In this document: positions 60,758-64,000 of the stretch, piece after piece
How the letters are laid out: the number at the start of each line of letters is the position of its first letter
Numbering within the stretch: the stretch's first letter is position 1
From: a virus
Virus record (IMG/VR): IMGVR_UViG_3300009103_002187
Coordinates: 1-64,000 of that record
Strand: one strand, 5' to 3'
Length of the DNA: 64,000 nt
The notes under the pieces: generated by a model
Database searches by the model: none
What the model saw: the letters and a program-made list of their open reading frames with translations, nothing else
Told to the model about the DNA's origin: nothing
Position numbers and translations under genes: made by a program

Positions 60758-61011
60758 TATTCATCCTTTAGCGGTGATTCATCTTCACCTACATCTTGTT
60801 CAGAAAGATTTGCCACCTCTTCCATTAATCGTTCAAGGCCTTCCTCAAACTGTTTTGAATACTCCTTGGTGGGAATTAATGTTTCACCATCAAGTGTCTT
60901 TTCAAAACGCATCAACCTCAAATTGTCAATAACGTCAGTGCCTGTCAAGATTGCAATCTGTAGTAGCTTTGCAACTTGAATAATAGCGTCATCAGATAAT
61001 TTTAAACTCAT
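60757..61011 (-). CDS. Hypothetical protein
   Basis: Start MSLKLSD with AGGA SD. Confidence 0.55.
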   Translation of the reverse strand: MSLKLSDDAIIQVAKLLQIAILTGTDVIDNLRLMRFEKTLDGETLIPTKEYSKQFEEGLERLMEEVANLSEQDVGEDESPLKDE

Positions 61012-61024
61012 TTTAACTTCCTTT

Positions 61025-61828
61025 TTAATGTTGAACTGCAGGTGACCAGTGGGTTGTTCGCTTATCTTTGGTTGTTTCTTTGATAACCTCATTTCCCTTT
61101 GGATCCTGCTTACGATTATAAACCAAAAACTTTTCCCCGTATTCCCCTAATGACCCATCAAAATTCTTATAAGAATAGATTGTGGCCCCGCCTGAATCAA
61201 AGCTAGTCTTCATAATTTTATGAATATTGTGATTTAAATCAACTAAATCTTGATCAGAAAGAGAAGAAACCTGTCGATGGGGAGAGATTCCTGTCAGCCA
61301 CAGTGCATCAGCCTTTATATAGTTTCCTACTCCTGCAACAACCTTTTGATCCATTATCACCTCAGTGATGTTTTTATGATTTTTAGATCGTAATCTTTCA
61401 ATGAAAAGATCATTATCACATTTTTCAGCAAGCAAATCAGGACCTAAGCTTGACAGTTTATCAATCAAAGGTTTTCTTCCCTCAACAAATTTTAACGTTC
61501 CAAAATTTCTAGTATCATTATAGTAAACATCACCGTCATTTAGTGAAAATCTAACTCTGGAATTTTTTTGACGATTATCTGACCATGCACCTGTCAAACC
61601 TAACGTGCACCAAATTGACATGTCATTTTCAATAATCCAATATAAAAACTTTCCATGAACACCGACACCAACAATGCGACTTGGAAGCTTGGCACGAAAA
61701 TCACCGATACCTGACGGATCTTTCTTTAGATACCTCCCAGATAAAATTGTGACAGAGCTCAAGGCACGAGACGACGCTCGCTTAGCTAAATCGATCCCAT
61801 ACTTCCTAACTTCTGGTCCTTCAGGCAT
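61025..61828 (-). CDS. Fpg/Nei DNA glycosylase with a zincless finger
   Basis: MPEGPE, GKFL, D.RNFG, LGPD, DQKVVAGVGNY, RTTHWSP..Q; no CxxC. Confidence 0.92.
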   Translation of the reverse strand: MPEGPEVRKYGIDLAKRASSRALSSVTILSGRYLKKDPSGIGDFRAKLPSRIVGVGVHGKFLYWIIENDMSIWCTLGLTGAWSDNRQKNSRVRFSLNDGDVYYNDTRNFGTLKFVEGRKPLIDKLSSLGPDLLAEKCDNDLFIERLRSKNHKNITEVIMDQKVVAGVGNYIKADALWLTGISPHRQVSSLSDQDLVDLNHNIHKIMKTSFDSGGATIYSYKNFDGSLGEYGEKFLVYNRKQDPKGNEVIKETTKDKRTTHWSPAVQH

Positions 61829-61862
61829 TTCTTTGTGTATTTCCTAACGTATTTACAGTATT

Positions 61863-61890
61863 ATTATAAGTACATTATAGGAGATGTTCA
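61863..61890 (-). promoter_or_regulatory. Class I promoter TGAACA-N16-TATAAT
   Basis: Lies in the divergent intergenic region. Confidence 0.55.
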
Positions 61891-62574
61891 ATGAAAAGAG
61901 TGATCATTTCTGACACTCACATCGGCACAAAATTCTACAAAGCAGAGGAGCTGCTAAATTTTCTAGCATCTGAAACTTATGATCAGCTTATCTTGGCCGG
62001 AGATATCATTGACTTTATTAAAATTCCTGTTTTCACTGAGCGCTGTCTCAGAATAGTTGAAACAATTAGCGAACAAAAAGATGTTATCTATATCGTGGGA
62101 AATCATGATGAAAGCTTGATCAATGTTGCTGGCAAATCATTAAAAAATATTACATTTGTAAAAAGATACGATTTTGAAGATGGTGGAAGAAAATTCAGAA
62201 TAGAGCACGGTGATGCCTATGACAAAGGCGCATTAGCTAATCGAGTGTTCGTAAAACTTTTATCTGTTATTCAAAATATGCTTGAGTTCACCTTTAACTT
62301 TGATTTCACAACATGGTGGACTGAAATTCAAATTAAAAAGCATAAACTAAGAAGCATCATTAACATTCTTCGGCATCATCCAAAGATTGACGTTTTTATT
62401 ATGGGTCACACTCATATTCCAGAAGCTTTAATTTGGGTAGATGAAGATCAAAATATCAAAACTTATATTAACGCCGGAGACTGGGTCACACACCAAACAT
62501 ACGTCACAGTAATAGACGGTGTTTCTAGATTAAGAAAATTTAATCACGAGAAGAAATCTTCACAAGATCACTAA
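61891..62574 (+). CDS. LpxH-like metallophosphoesterase
   Basis: SDTHIG, GDIID, GNHD, HGD, GHTH, N.GDW. Confidence 0.85.
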   Translation: MKRVIISDTHIGTKFYKAEELLNFLASETYDQLILAGDIIDFIKIPVFTERCLRIVETISEQKDVIYIVGNHDESLINVAGKSLKNITFVKRYDFEDGGRKFRIEHGDAYDKGALANRVFVKLLSVIQNMLEFTFNFDFTTWWTEIQIKKHKLRSIINILRHHPKIDVFIMGHTHIPEALIWVDEDQNIKTYINAGDWVTHQTYVTVIDGVSRLRKFNHEKKSSQDH

Positions 62575-62800
62575 TTGGAATTGATTCAATTTTTCCTGTC
62601 TGAAGAAGAACGTTTCCCAATCTCGATGTCCCAGGGACACGATTTTTATCCCAGCCCACTAAAATTCCTATTAATCGCTCCCGCAAATCTAACTCTGACC
62701 CTTCAGGTATCGTTAAAAACATATCCCATCTTTGAGGCTTTAAAAAAAAGACAAGATCACCGATTCCTATTTTAAATTTCTTTTTTATCTTTGTTGCCAT
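62540..62800 (-). CDS. Hypothetical protein (SH3-like, IGDLV)
   Basis: Similar architecture to 9312-9581. Confidence 0.45.
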   Translation of the reverse strand: MATKIKKKFKIGIGDLVFFLKPQRWDMFLTIPEGSELDLRERLIGILVGWDKNRVPGTSRLGNVLLQTGKIESIPISDLVKISSRD

Positions 62801-62808
62801 TTTCTAGA

Positions 62809-63261
62809 TTATTCAAGACACTTAAAATCGTCTTTGAGGCGGTCACCGATCTCTTCATACTGATTTAATTCAGCAGTAAATGAACCCAAGCCAAAATCAA
62901 ATTCTATCAATGCTGAATCTTCTGATAATTGAGACTTTACACACTGAGAACCTATCAATAAGCAGTCAGTTATCATCTCATCTTCCCCAAAATAATAATT
63001 TCCAAAAACTTCAGTTGATTCACACGGACGAGTTTCATACTCATCTTGTATGATATAGATTCCCTCCGTGTGATAAATCCAACCAGTCAAATAATCATCC
63101 TCATCCTGAAAAAGCTGGAGATGCATATTTGTATCAATTTCAACCCACCCTGGATTATTTTGATACACATTTCCCGACCACATGCCCGGCAGGAGACAAA
63201 TATCGTCACATATTACCGTCTCTGAAAAACAGCCCATAAGGAAAAACATAAGGAAAAACAC
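62809..63261 (-). CDS. Putative lipoprotein
   Basis: MFFLMFFLMGC lipobox. Confidence 0.55.
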   Translation of the reverse strand: MFFLMFFLMGCFSETVICDDICLLPGMWSGNVYQNNPGWVEIDTNMHLQLFQDEDDYLTGWIYHTEGIYIIQDEYETRPCESTEVFGNYYFGEDEMITDCLLIGSQCVKSQLSEDSALIEFDFGLGSFTAELNQYEEIGDRLKDDFKCLE

Positions 63262-63272
63262 GGCTATAACTA

Positions 63273-63704
63273 TTAGTTCTCGCCAAATGTCTCCTTTAAA
63301 AAGCTATGATAATTGCTTAACGCCCTATCTTTTGGCTCTACGTTTCGCCATTCACCCACACAAAATATTTGATAAGCATCAGAAGCATACTTTCCAATCC
63401 CATAAAGAACCTTAGGATCTTCTTTCCAGTTCTTTTTAAGGTAGCCATCAGACATTTGAATCAATGTATTTGCACGCCTTTTAGACAATCCTAAGGGTTG
63501 TATCATTTCCTGAACTTCAAATAAATTAGCTTTAGCTGCCTGCTTGGGACCCGAATATTTCTTAAAAAATTTCCACAAATAGGGTTCGGCATCGACCCTT
63601 CTAGTTAAATTGCAAAAAATACAAGCAACAAATATTTTCCAAGGATCGTGATACAAATGTTCCTGAATTAGATTGTATGGTGACTTTGGTGGAATCCACG
63701 ACAT
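63273..63704 (-). CDS. MBD4-like HhH-GPD mismatch DNA glycosylase
   Basis: WIPPKSPYNLIQE..DPWK...IFCNLT, LGL..R, LYGIGKYASD, V.PKD..L. Confidence 0.88.
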   Translation of the reverse strand: MSWIPPKSPYNLIQEHLYHDPWKIFVACIFCNLTRRVDAEPYLWKFFKKYSGPKQAAKANLFEVQEMIQPLGLSKRRANTLIQMSDGYLKKNWKEDPKVLYGIGKYASDAYQIFCVGEWRNVEPKDRALSNYHSFLKETFGEN

Positions 63705-63751
63705 AGTAATATTATAAAGAGAAAAATAGAAGAATTACATTACAATTTCTA

Positions 63752-64000
63752 TTAAAACGAAAAAGACTCTCCACATCCGCAGCTTCTTTTTGCTGAGGGA
63801 ATATTAAATTCTAGACCTGATTTAAGAAGGTCTTCCTTGTAGTCTATCTCCATTCCATTAAGATAGATGTATGACTTAAGATCAACGCAGAGCTTAACAT
63901 CATTAAATTCAAAAATCTTATCCTTTTCATCAGGAACAGAGATAAAGCTATAATCAAACATAAAGCCAGAACAACCTCCTCCTCTGAGGCTGATTTTAAG
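63752..64000 (-). CDS. iscA: IscA/HesB Fe-S cluster assembly protein (partial, starts beyond right edge)
   Basis: Frame extends upstream of the ORF-track start: LKISLRGGGCSGF...IDY...CGCGESF. Confidence 0.92.
   Translation of the reverse strand, partial: LKISLRGGGCSGFMFDYSFISVPDEKDKIFEFNDVKLCVDLKSYIYLNGMEIDYKEDLLKSGLEFNIPSAKRSCGCGESFSF

Overview
This 64 kb window reads as part of a very large (jumbo/mega) tailed bacteriophage genome in the standard genetic code. Coding is dense and almost entirely on the minus strand, with Shine-Dalgarno sites and TAATG/TGATG gene couplings. From left to right: tail-fibre-like structural genes (1-7.7 kb); ATP-dependent DNA ligase, a sigma70 factor whose region-4 HTH appears to sit in the next ORF, Hsp20 and GroEL (8-16 kb); a plus-strand protease plus vWA lipoprotein pair (19.7-21.4 kb); a block of two Pol-beta-like nucleotidyltransferases, an RNA-ligase-like protein, an HxGH transferase and a phosphoesterase (21-27.6 kb); many acidic proteins sharing an 'L(R/K)xxIxEE' motif and a 'WxxxAGL' motif, which I interpret as virion-internal cargo (16-57 kb); and a large nucleotide-metabolism, replication and repair region (41-64 kb). 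That last region includes dCMP deaminase, thymidine kinase, IMPDH, a dNMP-kinase/dCMP-hydroxymethylase-like fusion, DnaE, an ART-like/CCA-adding/HExxH polyprotein, glutamine synthetase II, a Cys-variant ThyX, dUTPase/dCTPase-like genes, Fpg/Nei, an MBD4-like glycosylase and IscA. The main candidates for novelty are a shared head-targeting/cleavage tag on unrelated enzymes, a putative cytosine-modification pathway, an RNA-repair or nucleotidylation module, and a split sigma factor alongside two promoter classes. All calls come from reading motifs by eye; no database searches were run. I saw no tRNA, rRNA or CRISPR array.
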